A DNA stretch of 25,867 nt from Seison nebaliae (Eukaryota), in assembly GCA_023231475.1 (NCBI GenBank), contig JALJEE010001725.1, forward strand, positions 62,001-87,867. Reading direction: 5' to 3'. Positions 1 through 10,222 of the stretch are shown one piece after another. Position numbers and translations under genes: made by a program. The stretch's first letter is position 1. The number at the start of each line of letters is the position of its first letter. Below the pieces are notes generated by a model. It made no database searches, had not been told where the DNA came from, and saw only the letters and a program-made list of their open reading frames with translations.

Positions 1-950
1 TCTACGATTTATCACAAAAAAAACTTTAGTTATAAAGAAAACGTGGAAAATATCAATTCCGATTTAAAATTACAATTCTACGAACCAACAAAAAAATTCG
101 CTAATCAACAAGTCAAACGAATTGAGAAAGTTAAGCAAATGTTAGATGCGGTCGATGTTAGTATAAAAAAAAAGAAAAATTACAGAGAACTTTTAGAAGA
201 AAACTATTTAAAAAAAACTCTTTCACCAAATCATTCCCATTCAATCCACTTAGGCCATGTTTGAAACGCGTCATGGCGGCTCTGGGAAATTGTACGGAAC
301 GGGAACGATGTATAAAGAAATTTTAAAGCTAGGAACACAGGATCCAACTCTACTGGATATCGGTAGTCTCCATTTGCCATCATATGCCATTCTCAGTTAT
401 TATCCATACGTTTTACGATATAACTACCGAACGAAGAAGATGAAAGCTGAAGTAATTTTGAGAATTATTTCCAAATCTTTTTTTTTAATTTTCTTTTTAT
501 TTCCATTTAATTTCTTTCTTTTTTTTCTTCCGTTACGTTCCCTTTAAATACTTTATCTTTCTATTCGATCATATAATGAGATTTATGTCTTCTTTTTAGA
601 TCAATTATTTCGATAAACGGAAAACTACGTCAACACATCAGAGACATGCAATCTTCACTCCCATGGGTAGACAAGGAGCGATGATTAACATCAATCTGAA
701 GAAGCAAGACGTCTTCGCAACTCAAATGGAACCGATAGTGGACAATAATCTGGTAACGGCAATAAAAGACTATGTTGGGGAGAATGTGAACGAATTAACA
801 TTTGATAAAGGACAGAAGATTTTGGTAATTCATAAAAATAATGTGAATTGGTGGTATGGTGAATTGGTGGAGAAGAACGGAAATAAAATGAGGACACATC
901 AATTATTGAAAAGAACAGGATATTTTCCATCGAAATTCGTCAAATGTTGA
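1..950 (+). CDS. 3' part of a protein with a C-terminal SH3 domain, AHI1/jouberin-like (5'-partial); exons <1-156, 254-451, 600-950
   Basis: Three ORF-track fragments join in phase 0 through GT..AG introns 157-253 and 452-599. The last exon has SH3 hallmarks (VTAIKDY..ENVNELTFDKGQKILV..NWWYG..GYFPSKFV). The SH3 and the upstream RIEKVKQMLDAV resemble the AHI1 C-terminus as remembered; the name is tentative. Confidence 0.75.
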
Positions 951-1055
951 AGATTATAATTTATTTATTGAAATTGACTTGTAAACAAAAGAATGAATAA
1001 ATGTCATAAATGAATAAAATATCTTTTTTTCTTTCTAAATCGTTCGATAGGGATA

Positions 1056-1476
1056 TTAAATGATTAAATTCTCCAATTGATCATTGAATTTCGTTTTGCC
1101 TGTCGATTTACTCCCATCGTCAATACCTTCACAAATCATTAGTAATATCAATCATCATCATCAGTAAACTACTAACCACATTTCTCCATACATTGTCTAA
1201 TTGATTCGAAACGATTGTCGTTACCAAGGCAACCGCCATAAATAAATTCCTTACAAGATTGTGCCGTTGTATCGAAACTATACATTGGCATATATGCACG
1301 ACATGGTCCCGCATCCGCTGCCAAATTACAAAACGTTTCTCCTAATTATTAGCCGAAGAAGAAAAGAAGTTGGAGAAAATTATGTTTAAAAATTAGTCTG
1401 ATTGAAAGGAAGAACTTGTCATTCCTATCGAGAAATAAGATAAGAAGAGAAGGATTGGAAGTAAAAATTGTTTCAT
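1056..1476 (-). CDS. Secreted single-domain Kunitz/BPTI protease inhibitor; exons 1476-1416, 1341-1177, 1126-1056
   Basis: Manual translation gives signal peptide MKQFLLPILLFLSYFSIGMT, then FCNLAADAGPCRAYMPMYSFDTTAQSCKEFIYGGCLGNDNRFESIRQCMEKC with all six Kunitz Cys, GPCRA and FIYGGC-GN-NRF. Both introns are phase-compatible. The last exon is less certain because an unspliced TAG follows the domain. Confidence 0.92.
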
Positions 1477-2059
1477 GTTTTTTGTCCTGTCACAACCGAA
1501 GTAATCTGTTTGGAGGAAATGAATAAAATGTGAATGAATTCTCCACTAATTGCTTTATAATTTGTACGCCGATAACGGAAGATAAGACGGTATTAAATTT
1601 GAAACTAAATCAACAAACTGAGAAATTATTTACATTAAACAAACTCTCTTTCTCTAATTTTCTCTAATTTTCTCTCTCTCTCTCAACTACGTTAACAATT
1701 CTTTCAATTGAGATGAAGAAGTCCTAATGTTATTATCAGTTTAGTGTAAGTTATTAAAAATTGGTCAGTATCTAAAATTAAGGAGGAAAAAAAGAGGCGA
1801 TCATCAAATAATGATTTTCTTTAGTCCACCCTCTCAATCATTGTCTCATTTAATGGGGAAAATTTAATTGGAGAAACTAAAATATTTTAATGTTTTTTTC
1901 CGCTTCCTAATTCATCATTGAACTCGAGACTTTCTCCATTAAAAACATCAAACTTCTTAATTGGAGGTATATTGTGTAACAAACGATCTAATGAATCATG
2001 TGAAAGGATAAAACAATTAATGAAAATACTTCGAATATTTCGAAATTCAAGCTCATGTC

Positions 2060-2679
2060 ATGGAGACATATGGTGAAGTAAAAGAATCACTAGCGAGTCA
2101 GGATGACGATGACGATATCGCCCGTAAATGGATAAGTGAAGTGGAAGTGACGAAAACTTTCGATGTACCACCAAGTATGTTCACTTCCATCGATTCATTC
2201 GTTAAAAATGAATTGGAGAAGATATCGTTACAATGGGATTGCGAGTTCGAATATTTAATCCAAAATTATTTTTAGATTAATTTTTCTTTAGAATTGATGG
2301 AATTTGTATGGCGTTCGATATTGTACATATAGATCGACAATTGCCAATAATGGAAGATTATGCATTCGGATTGGTGAATGTGATAGTGAAAATGTTCCGA
2401 TTCAATCCCGTCCTCAATACAGGTCCTGTCAAAATGACAATTACAGAGACGGATGATCTCTGTCTTCGTTAGTGGATTTGATTCGTTTGGAATTATTCTT
2501 ATAAAAAATCTATTTTAGACGGACGAATTCTCAATGCATTCGATACGATTTTGTACAAAAATTCGACAGACACTCAAAATTTTAAAAGTTATTTCATCGA
2601 CGATGTGATCGACGTAAAGATATTAAGATTTGAAGAAACGAATCAATTCATTACGTTTCATGTGTCATTTTCTCAATAA
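2060..2679 (+). CDS. Rpb7-family RNA polymerase stalk subunit, most likely Pol I RPA43 (POLR1F/TWISTNB-like); exons 2060-2244, 2292-2467, 2519-2679
   Basis: Spliced product ..TKTFDVPPSMF..ELEKISLQWDCEIDGICMAFDIV..IMEDYAFGLVNVIVKMFRFNP..LHGRILNAFDTIL.. follows the SHS2 + OB pattern of Rpb7/Rpc25/RPA43. It is too divergent for Rpb7 or Rpc25. The 47- and 51-nt introns keep frame. Confidence 0.55.
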
Positions 2680-3092
2680 ATTTTTTTTTATCTTTCTCAT
2701 TAAATCTCTTTGAATGATAAAAAAAAGAAAAATGTAAATTGTAATCACAAAAAATGAGTGGACTATATATATATATATATTTATTTTGAGGATTAATTTA
2801 AAATAAAATTTTTTTTTAGAATTTTCAATATCAACCCGAAAGTTGCCTAATATTCAGATTTAAAATTTAGTGAAAATGGAACATGTGTAGAATTACTTGA
2901 GAAATTTAGTGGTAGGGAAAAATTAGAGAGAGATAGAGAGAGAGAGAAGATATTTTGAATTGAAATTTGCGGCTTATAAATTTTGTCTCATTTTAAATTT
3001 GTTACACAATATAACCCTAACAAATATAAAGTAACGTATCGTTGGGGAGAGACCATCTCAATCTTCATTTCCATTTCTTATACCATTGAACA

Positions 3093-3845
3093 ATGGCGCT
3101 CCGCGCACAATTTGAACATTGTGACGACGTTGGTGTATTCGCTAAATTGACGAATACGTATTGTCTGGTGGGAACGGGAAGATCAGAAGCATTTTTCAGC
3201 ATTTTTGAAAATGAGATCGGAGACGCCATTCCGATAGTACATACATCGATTGCAAATTGTCAGATTGTTGGGCGATTAGTAGTGGGCAATCGACACGGTC
3301 TGCTCGTGCCAAACAATACGACGGAAGAGGAGATGATTCATTTAAGGAATTCTCTTCCTGACGCTATTCGAATACGTCGAATTGATGAAAGATTATCAGC
3401 TTTAGGTAATGTGATTTCTTGTAACGATCATATGGCTATCGCTCATCCTGATATCGATAAAGATACAGAAGAGATCGTTCAAGACGTTCTCAATGTGGAA
3501 TTCTTCCGTGAAACGGTAGCAGATCAACAATTAGTTGGATCTTATTGCGCTTTTAATAATAAAGGTGGTATTGTTCATCCGAAAACTTCGAAACTTGATC
3601 TACACGAATTATCATCCTTACTTCAAATTCCATTAACTTTGGGCACTGTCAATCGCGGTTCACCTCTAATCGGTCCGGGACTCATTGTGAACGATTGGAC
3701 AGCTTTCTGTGGCAATCGAACAACAGCCATCGAATTGTCTGTGATCGATCACATTTTCAAATTGGATCCGAACGCTATTGGACGTGATCCCATTGATTTG
3801 ACGACGGAAAAAGGAAAACAATCGATTGTGGAGGGAATGTCGTGA
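3093..3845 (+). CDS. EIF6: Eukaryotic translation initiation factor 6 (intronless)
   Basis: [79 protein letters not shown] are eIF6 signatures. Confidence 0.98.
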   Translation: MALRAQFEHCDDVGVFAKLTNTYCLVGTGRSEAFFSIFENEIGDAIPIVHTSIANCQIVGRLVVGNRHGLLVPNNTTEEEMIHLRNSLPDAIRIRRIDERLSALGNVISCNDHMAIAHPDIDKDTEEIVQDVLNVEFFRETVADQQLVGSYCAFNNKGGIVHPKTSKLDLHELSSLLQIPLTLGTVNRGSPLIGPGLIVNDWTAFCGNRTTAIELSVIDHIFKLDPNAIGRDPIDLTTEKGKQSIVEGMS

Positions 3846-3953
3846 AGAAGTGCGAATGAGAACAAGTGTCGTTGTTTGTGGAATGGAAAAAAAATTTTAT
3901 TTTCAAATTTCTTATAAAATAAAACAGATGAAATTTTTTGGAAGTTTTATCTC

Positions 3954-4439
3954 TCATTTCGCTCGTTGTTTCCGATTAGATTTTGATTTACTCTTTGCTT
4001 TACATAGTGGGCAGATCGGGGCATTTCGGTGGATTTGTTGTTGACATGAAAAACACGTTTTCATCGGTGGTTGAGATGTTACAAAATTATCGGAAGGAAG
4101 AATCTTCTCATTCTTTATCAATTCATTTTTAGTTGCCGATGGAAGAATTGTTATTGGAGATGATTCCATTCCACCAGAAGACGGTTTGATTCCTGGTTGT
4201 AATGTTGATGAGGAATCGATCAGTTGTACCAATTGACGACACAAATCAATATCTTTATCACATTGGGAAATGGAAATTAAATGATCATTCTTCTCCTTTT
4301 CCAATACGTCGATCTCATTGGTGATATTTGAACGGAATTCTTCATGATCCTCCACACCATCCAAATTCGTCAGAATTATCTTCAACTTCTTTAAACGTCC
4401 AACAATATCTTCAATTGAACCATCATCTTGCAATTTCAT
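3954..4439 (-). CDS. ZC4H2: Zinc finger C4H2 domain protein
   Basis: C-terminal [30 protein letters not shown] matches the zf-C4H2 signature, with an N-terminal coiled coil. First in-frame ATG is at 4439 (the track start at 4457 is TTG). Confidence 0.93.
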   Translation of the reverse strand: MKLQDDGSIEDIVGRLKKLKIILTNLDGVEDHEEFRSNITNEIDVLEKEKNDHLISISQCDKDIDLCRQLVQLIDSSSTLQPGIKPSSGGMESSPITILPSATKNELIKNEKILPSDNFVTSQPPMKTCFSCQQQIHRNAPICPLCKAKSKSKSNRKQRAK

Positions 4440-4599
4440 TTCACTCAATTCTCTCAATATTTTCCTTTTGAGGTTAATCGATTATTGATTGATCCCGATT
4501 GATTTGTTCTTGAGCTTTCAATTTAAAATTATTCTGAGAAAAAAATTCAATAGATATTTATGATAATAATTGAAAGAAGTTCTGAGCATTTATCGTCAT

Positions 4600-4642
4600 G
4601 GTGTAAATATTCATATTGTCCTCGGGTGTAAATATTCATATT
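4600..4642. promoter_or_regulatory. Perfect 18-bp direct repeat GGTGTAAATATTCATATT x2 in the ZC4H2/HDDC3 divergent intergenic region
   Basis: Copies at 4600-4617 and 4625-4642. The regulatory role is inferred from position only. Confidence 0.5.
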
Positions 4643-4666
4643 AATCTTACACATCCCAAACACAAA

Positions 4667-5209
4667 ATGACCTTTAATCGTTTATTAATGGCGGTAGATT
4701 TTGCCGCCTCTAAACATCGTCTTCAGAAAAGAAAAGATAATGAGACTCCCTACATCAATCATCCAATCGGTGTAGCTAATATTCTCAGCAATGAAACAGG
4801 AATTACTGATGAAGCAACTTTGATTGCTGCCCTCCTACACGATACAATCGAAGATACCGACACGACGTTTGATGAAATTGATCGATTGTTTGGCAGAGAA
4901 ATTTCCAACATCGTTCAAGAGGTTACTGATGATAAATCGTTGGCTAAAGAGGAACGAAAACTTCAACAAATTAAAAAAGCTGCAACTGTTTCTCCCAAGG
5001 CCAGACTAGTGAAAATGGCCGATAAGATCTATAATCTACGAGATTTGAACAGACGAATACCAATCGGTTGGAATGAGTTGCGAGTCGCCCAATATTTCGA
5101 ATGGGCGGAGAAAGTGTGGCGGAATGGACTAAAAGGAAACAATGAGCAATTGGACGACATCCTTTCTCAACTATTCCGCCAATTCGAAGAGAAGAAAAAA
5201 CTTCCATAA
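4667..5209 (+). CDS. HDDC3: MESH1 (ppGpp hydrolase / NADPH phosphatase, HD domain), intronless
   Basis: AVDFAASKHRLQKRKD..TPYINHPIGVANIL, AALLHDTIEDTDTT, VQEVTDDKSL, KARLVKMADKIYNLRDL, YFEWAEKV. ATG at 4667 (the track start at 4616 is TTG). Confidence 0.97.
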   Translation: MTFNRLLMAVDFAASKHRLQKRKDNETPYINHPIGVANILSNETGITDEATLIAALLHDTIEDTDTTFDEIDRLFGREISNIVQEVTDDKSLAKEERKLQQIKKAATVSPKARLVKMADKIYNLRDLNRRIPIGWNELRVAQYFEWAEKVWRNGLKGNNEQLDDILSQLFRQFEEKKKLP

Positions 5210-5322
5210 TTTTGACATTTTTTTTTTGATTTAAATTTAATTATTATTTTTTGTAGGAAAATTTCTTTTTTGACATATTTTTTTTAAATTCACATTTTAC
5301 ACATTTTTCACAATATACTCAT

Positions 5323-5727
5323 TCATTTTCCATCAAGTTCAATCGAGATTTGTGTAATAGTTAATAATAATTTTTGTAAGAGTTTCTCGTCGACGAAAGA
5401 AAATAATTTCGTTGTTTGCTCTTTCTCACTGTTGAGTAGATGGAACTTATGAGTGACCTTCGGTTTCTGTATCTTGTCGAAAGAATCGTTCGACATATCC
5501 AAATGGAGTTGTGAAGTGAAATCGACGACGAATTGATTATTCTCTTCATAGAAAAGTTGAAGAATTTGATCGAACAATTTTTTCTTTTGGGAAATCACCT
5601 TGAACTTCTCCAGTGATTTAGAGAAGTGTTCTGATGAATGATTCTCGATGATTAATGCGACTATTTCTCCCATCAATCGATCATCATCGAGATGATTTTC
5701 ATGGAAAATGATTTTTAGTTTTTCCAT
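5323..5727 (-). CDS. COMM-domain protein (COMMD6/8-like), short and divergent
   Basis: The C-terminal ~70 aa VVDFTSQLHLDMSNDSFDKIQKPKVTHKFHL..TKLFSFVDEKLLQKLLLTITQI fits the COMM pattern (L.DF.W..SSD...P.V...F....L..L). The usual Trp is replaced. Confidence 0.6.
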   Translation of the reverse strand: MEKLKIIFHENHLDDDRLMGEIVALIIENHSSEHFSKSLEKFKVISQKKKLFDQILQLFYEENNQFVVDFTSQLHLDMSNDSFDKIQKPKVTHKFHLLNSEKEQTTKLFSFVDEKLLQKLLLTITQISIELDGK

Positions 5728-6642
5728 TTTATTTGTCCAATTATCAAATTGACGAGAGTTGGAAGGAGAAATAATGAGATTAAGAAATAAAAGTAGAAAA
5801 GTGAAGATGATGAGATGAGCAAGTGGAAATTTGTTATTAGAAGGGAGAAGAGGAAAAGTAAATATAATTGACGATTAGACTTTGACACACAATTGTTCAA
5901 CCACAAACAGTGATGAGATCGCTCTTGTCGATGTTTGTTGCAAAAGAAACAGAATTTCGATTCATCATTTGTCAACTCGTCGAAGGAGACTGATATGAAT
6001 AGATATTGGAGGAAATCGATAATTAATAAAATGAGGAAATGATAATTAGTTAAATTGAGAAGAAATAAATATGTAAATAAGAAAATAATGGTACATCGAT
6101 AATGGAATTGATAAGAGACGTCCAATCTAAATTGGAAGAAGAAAGTAAAAAAGAGAAATGAGAAAAAGAAGAGAAAAAGTGCAACGAATGGATGATTAGT
6201 CAATGTGAGGAGAAGATTGATTAATAAAATGAAAAAGTTGAAAAAAATGGATATTGTGGGAAAATGTCTCTTCTCCTGTATTCGGGGAAATCGATGAAAT
6301 AAATAGGATTTTAATGGAATTAGAATTCTCCTGATAAGTATATCATCTATTCTTTTCGCACCACCATACCACGGTAATCGACAACATCGATCGATAACAG
6401 ATAATCGAATTCGCTTAAATCGATTAGGATGGAAATGGCAATGTCTAAATAAACATCTGACAAATTGATATCAAGATGGAATTGATATAAGGGATGGATA
6501 ACTCTGTGCAACATTCATCAATATCGGAACAATTACAAAAAATCTCACATAGATGTAACAATTGGCCTTCCTCGTTCATATATTGACAACAACACAAATG
6601 TTCATCTTTATCAGAATGATGTGAATCGATCTCAACTTCCAT
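5715..6642 (-). CDS. ZDHHC23: ZDHHC23-like palmitoyltransferase with an internally deleted Cys-rich domain; exons 6642-6503, 6444-5715
   Basis: N-terminal LCCCQYMNEEGQLLHLCEIFCNCSDIDECC and DRCCRLPWYGGAKRI match the ZDHHC23-specific N-terminus. A 58-nt phase-2 intron (6502-6445) joins it to an open multi-TM frame containing CFFCNKHRQERSHHCLWLNNCVS. Confidence 0.8.
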
Positions 6643-6775
6643 TCAAAAAAAATGTTTATTCAAATTTTTTTTTTTCAAAATGTCCACATGTTTCCTACTA
6701 ATTCATTCGGCCACATGTGTATACTACACTTCTTTTTCTTATATATGCGTACATATTTATTCAACTGTCTGTCTG

Positions 6776-6828
6776 TGTGTATATTTGTGTATATTTGTGT
6801 ATATTTGTGTGTGCGTGTGTGAGAGAGA
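6776..6828. repeat. (GTGTATATTT)x3 plus GT/GA microsatellite
   Basis: Visible tandem 10-mer followed by dinucleotide runs. Confidence 0.8.
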
Positions 6829-7431
6829 CAGGAGGTGAATTGAATTAAAATAATTTTGTGTTTCATCAGAAGAAAAATCCTGAAATTTTTTTGGAATTAT
6901 TAATGATCGTTATACTCTTGCAGTTCGTGGAGAGGAGAATTTAAAGTGAATTCTATTCCATAAGATAATGATTCATATTGTGAGAGAATTTGTGAGAAAT
7001 GGTTTGATGATTTCCTCTTCTTCCTCTACTGTCTGCCCTGTCAATAAGAACGTCTGTCTTTGTGATGAGAGGGAATATGAAGAATGATGATAAAGAACAA
7101 TTATTTATATATATTTCAATTCTATTTTGTCCACAAGAGAATAGAGTTAAACAAACTAGTAAAAAGAATTCGTTTCTAGAATTGATATACAGTTGTCTTT
7201 GTCAAACTCTGATAATGTAACTGAACAAACAAATAAATAAAATGCTAGACTGCCTATGATGAAATGTACGTGTATTTTGTGGATGGGCACGTGTAAAAAT
7301 AAAGAAAGTTCGCCAATTTCCAAATGGATATGAACGATGAGATCAGATTGAAGAAAATAAAAAGAAAACGTTGAATATTAGAAGTTATTTATAGAATGTT
7401 CGATACCTAATAGATTAATCCCTTATTTACT

Positions 7432-8910
7432 TCATTCATCTGGTACGTGGTGGAGTGATGAATTTGAATTTTTTTCCGCTTCCATCATTTTTCTACCAAT
7501 TCCTTCAATCGCATTTGGTAATTTTTCATTCTCCATAATAATTCTACTCGTTAGTGTTCTTCCAATTCTTCCACTTGTACTAGTAGTAGTAGTAGTAGTA
7601 GTAACAGGATTATTCATAAAAGAATTGGATGGTGTGACAACGACAGTTGTTTCTACCGGAAAAATTATAATTGTTGTCGTAGTCGACGTATTAGTGATTA
7701 GAGGAGTTACTTCTTTCATTAAAGTAATGAGTTGTTTTAATCCGGTCACACTTGTTGTTGTTGTTGTTGTAGCAGTGGTGGTAGTAATAGTAGTAGTAGT
7801 AGTAATAATGGTGGTGGTTGTTGTTGTTGTTGTTGGAGGATGAGATGTTGTAGATGTCAAAGAAACATTAATAAAATGGGGAGATGTTTCATCTTTTATT
7901 AATTTCGTCGTTATCGTCCTTATTATTATTGTTGTTGTTGTTGTTGTATTAATTGGTGATAATGTGCTCTATATATTGATGATTGGAGAGAATGAAAATA
8001 GAGAATAAAACACCAAAAAAAAAAAATATATTCTTTATTCATGATATTATTATGATACGTAACATATCAATATCGCACGTGGAAGTTAAATGAAAATTAT
8101 TTTGAAACGATTTCCTCTCCCCACATCTTTCTCGTCAGTGAAAATGATATACAATTTTTTTAACCTTCACTAATAATCGGTCGTTATTGTCGTTATTTGA
8201 CGATACGTTGCTCATTCTCTCTTCGACAACGATATTGTCGCTGGAAGGAGGTTCTACGATCTTGCAAGTTACTCCTATTCTCATGTAACGTCCATAGAAA
8301 CCGGAAACGAATAGAACGGCAATGAACGATATGCCAAAGCAGAGACTCAATAGAAGAACGAGAAGTGAGAGACGTCGAGATCTTGTCTAGATTGATCGTT
8401 CGAGGAAAATGAGAAAATTATAAGTTTTTCGAGATGTCAATATTGAAAAGGTTCATGTCGCTCGTCAGTTATTTCACACTGACAACAATCAAAGCGAGAC
8501 GAACTAACAAAAAAAATATTTGAATTTTCAAAAAGTTTGCTAAACTTCTTTTCTCATCATTATTCTCTTCGATTCCTCCCAACTCAGTCAGCGACTCCAC
8601 GCCAAAATTCAGTGGGATAGACTCTCAGTCCAATTTTGAAATTTGATTCGTAATTTCTTTCTTTTTGATTCTCGCACACACTAACCGATGATTTCTTTTC
8701 CTTTTTTTCTTCTTGAGAAGTAACTTTAATTTATTCTTTTCTAAAAATTTTCGTTTTTCCTTCACTCACTCTCACCAATCGAGTATGTAATTTTTTGAAT
8801 TATGTGTATAATTATTATTTGCCATCGTCCCACCGACCATATGGACTGCTAACAACAGCAGCAACATAACAACAAATAAATTATTTAATTCCAATTCTTA
8901 CCTCTTCCAT
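7432..8910 (-). CDS. Predicted single-pass (signal-anchor) protein with a Thr-rich mucin-like region; exons 8910-8902, 8386-8165, 7968-7432
   Basis: Phase-0 junctions give MEE|TRSRRLSLLVLLLSLCFGISFIAVLFVSGFYG...LLVK|STLSPINTTTTT... with several poly-Thr runs. The first exon assignment rests on a strong AG|GTAAG donor and is uncertain. Confidence 0.55.
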
Positions 8911-8999
8911 AGTCTTCTATTCCTTTCTATTCTTCCGTTCTTTTACGACTTCACTTATATAATTTTCTAGTACCGATTCTCCTACATATTCGTCTAGTC

Positions 9000-9049
9000 G
9001 TGTGTGCGTGTGTGCGTGTGTGCCTGTGTGCTTGTGTGTGTATATGTGT
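9000..9049. repeat. Imperfect (GT)n / GTGTGTGC microsatellite
   Basis: Visible in sequence. Confidence 0.8.
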
Positions 9050-10222
9050 CGAGAATGAATAGGCAGATAGGGACAGATATGTAGCAACGACTATTATGTA
9101 TAAAGGATAACGAAGTAAGATGAATGTTCGAAATTGGCATGGATATTCAAGTGCATCTAAACTAATGATTTGGAGACCATGGCAATATATGATCAGAATA
9201 TGATATACTATTCATTTCCGCTCTTTACTCAATCACTCCTTATTATTTCATTATTCCATTTAGTTCACCTTCCCATTACGACTCACCATAAATTCATCGA
9301 CACAATCTCATCATCCAAATTGATCATTTGCACGTTCAATTTATCCTTAGTTACACTCAAATTCCTTCCTTTTATTTTCTCGTCTCATTCATCTTCATTC
9401 ATCCTTCTTTTTTCACTTATAATTTATTTATTTATCTTTTATAAATTTTCGGCTTTTATTCTCATGTTGCTGTTGCTGTTTCCAGAAGTTCCTTATCATA
9501 TTCCTGGTATTTGAAATGTACTGTAAATTGATGATTTGAGCTTTCCGTTCGAAAGTCTTTCTCTTCCTCACCATCTCTCTAACTCCTCAATTTTCCATTT
9601 AATACATTTTCTTTTTAATTCTCCATTTTCAAGAATGCTGATGTTGAAAAAACTTTACACATTTTTTGGATCACATGTTTTTTTCTAAAAAAATCTTTTT
9701 TCTTTTTTAACATACATACATTATTAAATGTTTGCAAAAAAATGTATAGTAATGTAGATCGAATGTAGAATTACTTGGACTTTCGTTTAGCTAATACCTC
9801 TGGCAAGGTTAGCTTCTTTCCAATCGTTTGACATTGATCTCTATACGTCCCTTGGATAGAGCGACTTCGTCCAAACAAAACGAATCATATCCATCCAATA
9901 AACACAGATTGATCATTGGACTTAACTCTGAAAAATTTTAGTTTGACTTATTCTCTCTTAAACTCTCATTTCCAATTATTTCTAAGAAATGTACTTAAAA
10001 ATGTCTCTCTCAAATAAAATTGATGTGGGCAATGTATGATTTGTATCTCTGACAATTTCTTCTTATCAGATTTTAATTTTTTTTTGTATGAATCAGTAAA
10101 CGATAAATTTTTTGCATGACTAATAACATAGAATAAATTTAGCTTATTAAGTCTATTCTCAAATTTTATCGAACTTTTTAACATTTTCACAATTCTATCT
10201 CGCCTTCAATATAAAATTGAAG

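Noticed and set aside
262..295. Minus-strand TTTCCCAGAGCCGCCATGACG resembles part of U4 snRNA
   Set aside because: The flanking U4 elements and a correctly placed Sm site are missing, and the stretch is explained as coding exon 254-451.
1129..1314. Track ORF of 61 aa on the minus strand
   Set aside because: Wrong reading frame of the Kunitz exon.
2241..2291. Possible GC-AG intron (GCGAGT donor)
   Set aside because: Wrong phase for the acceptor at 2291; the GT at 2245 keeps the frame.
3012..3020. TAACCCTAA telomere/telo-box-like motif upstream of EIF6
   Set aside because: A single short copy in AT-rich DNA; not distinguishable from chance.
8827..8836. Minus-strand TCGGTGGGAC equals the 5' ten nucleotides of miR-278 as remembered
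   Set aside because: The 3' half does not match and there is no pre-miRNA-length hairpin.
9170..9514. 114-aa hydrophobic ORF
   Set aside because: TTG start and Phe/Leu/Ile bias from T-rich noncoding DNA; no recognisable motif.
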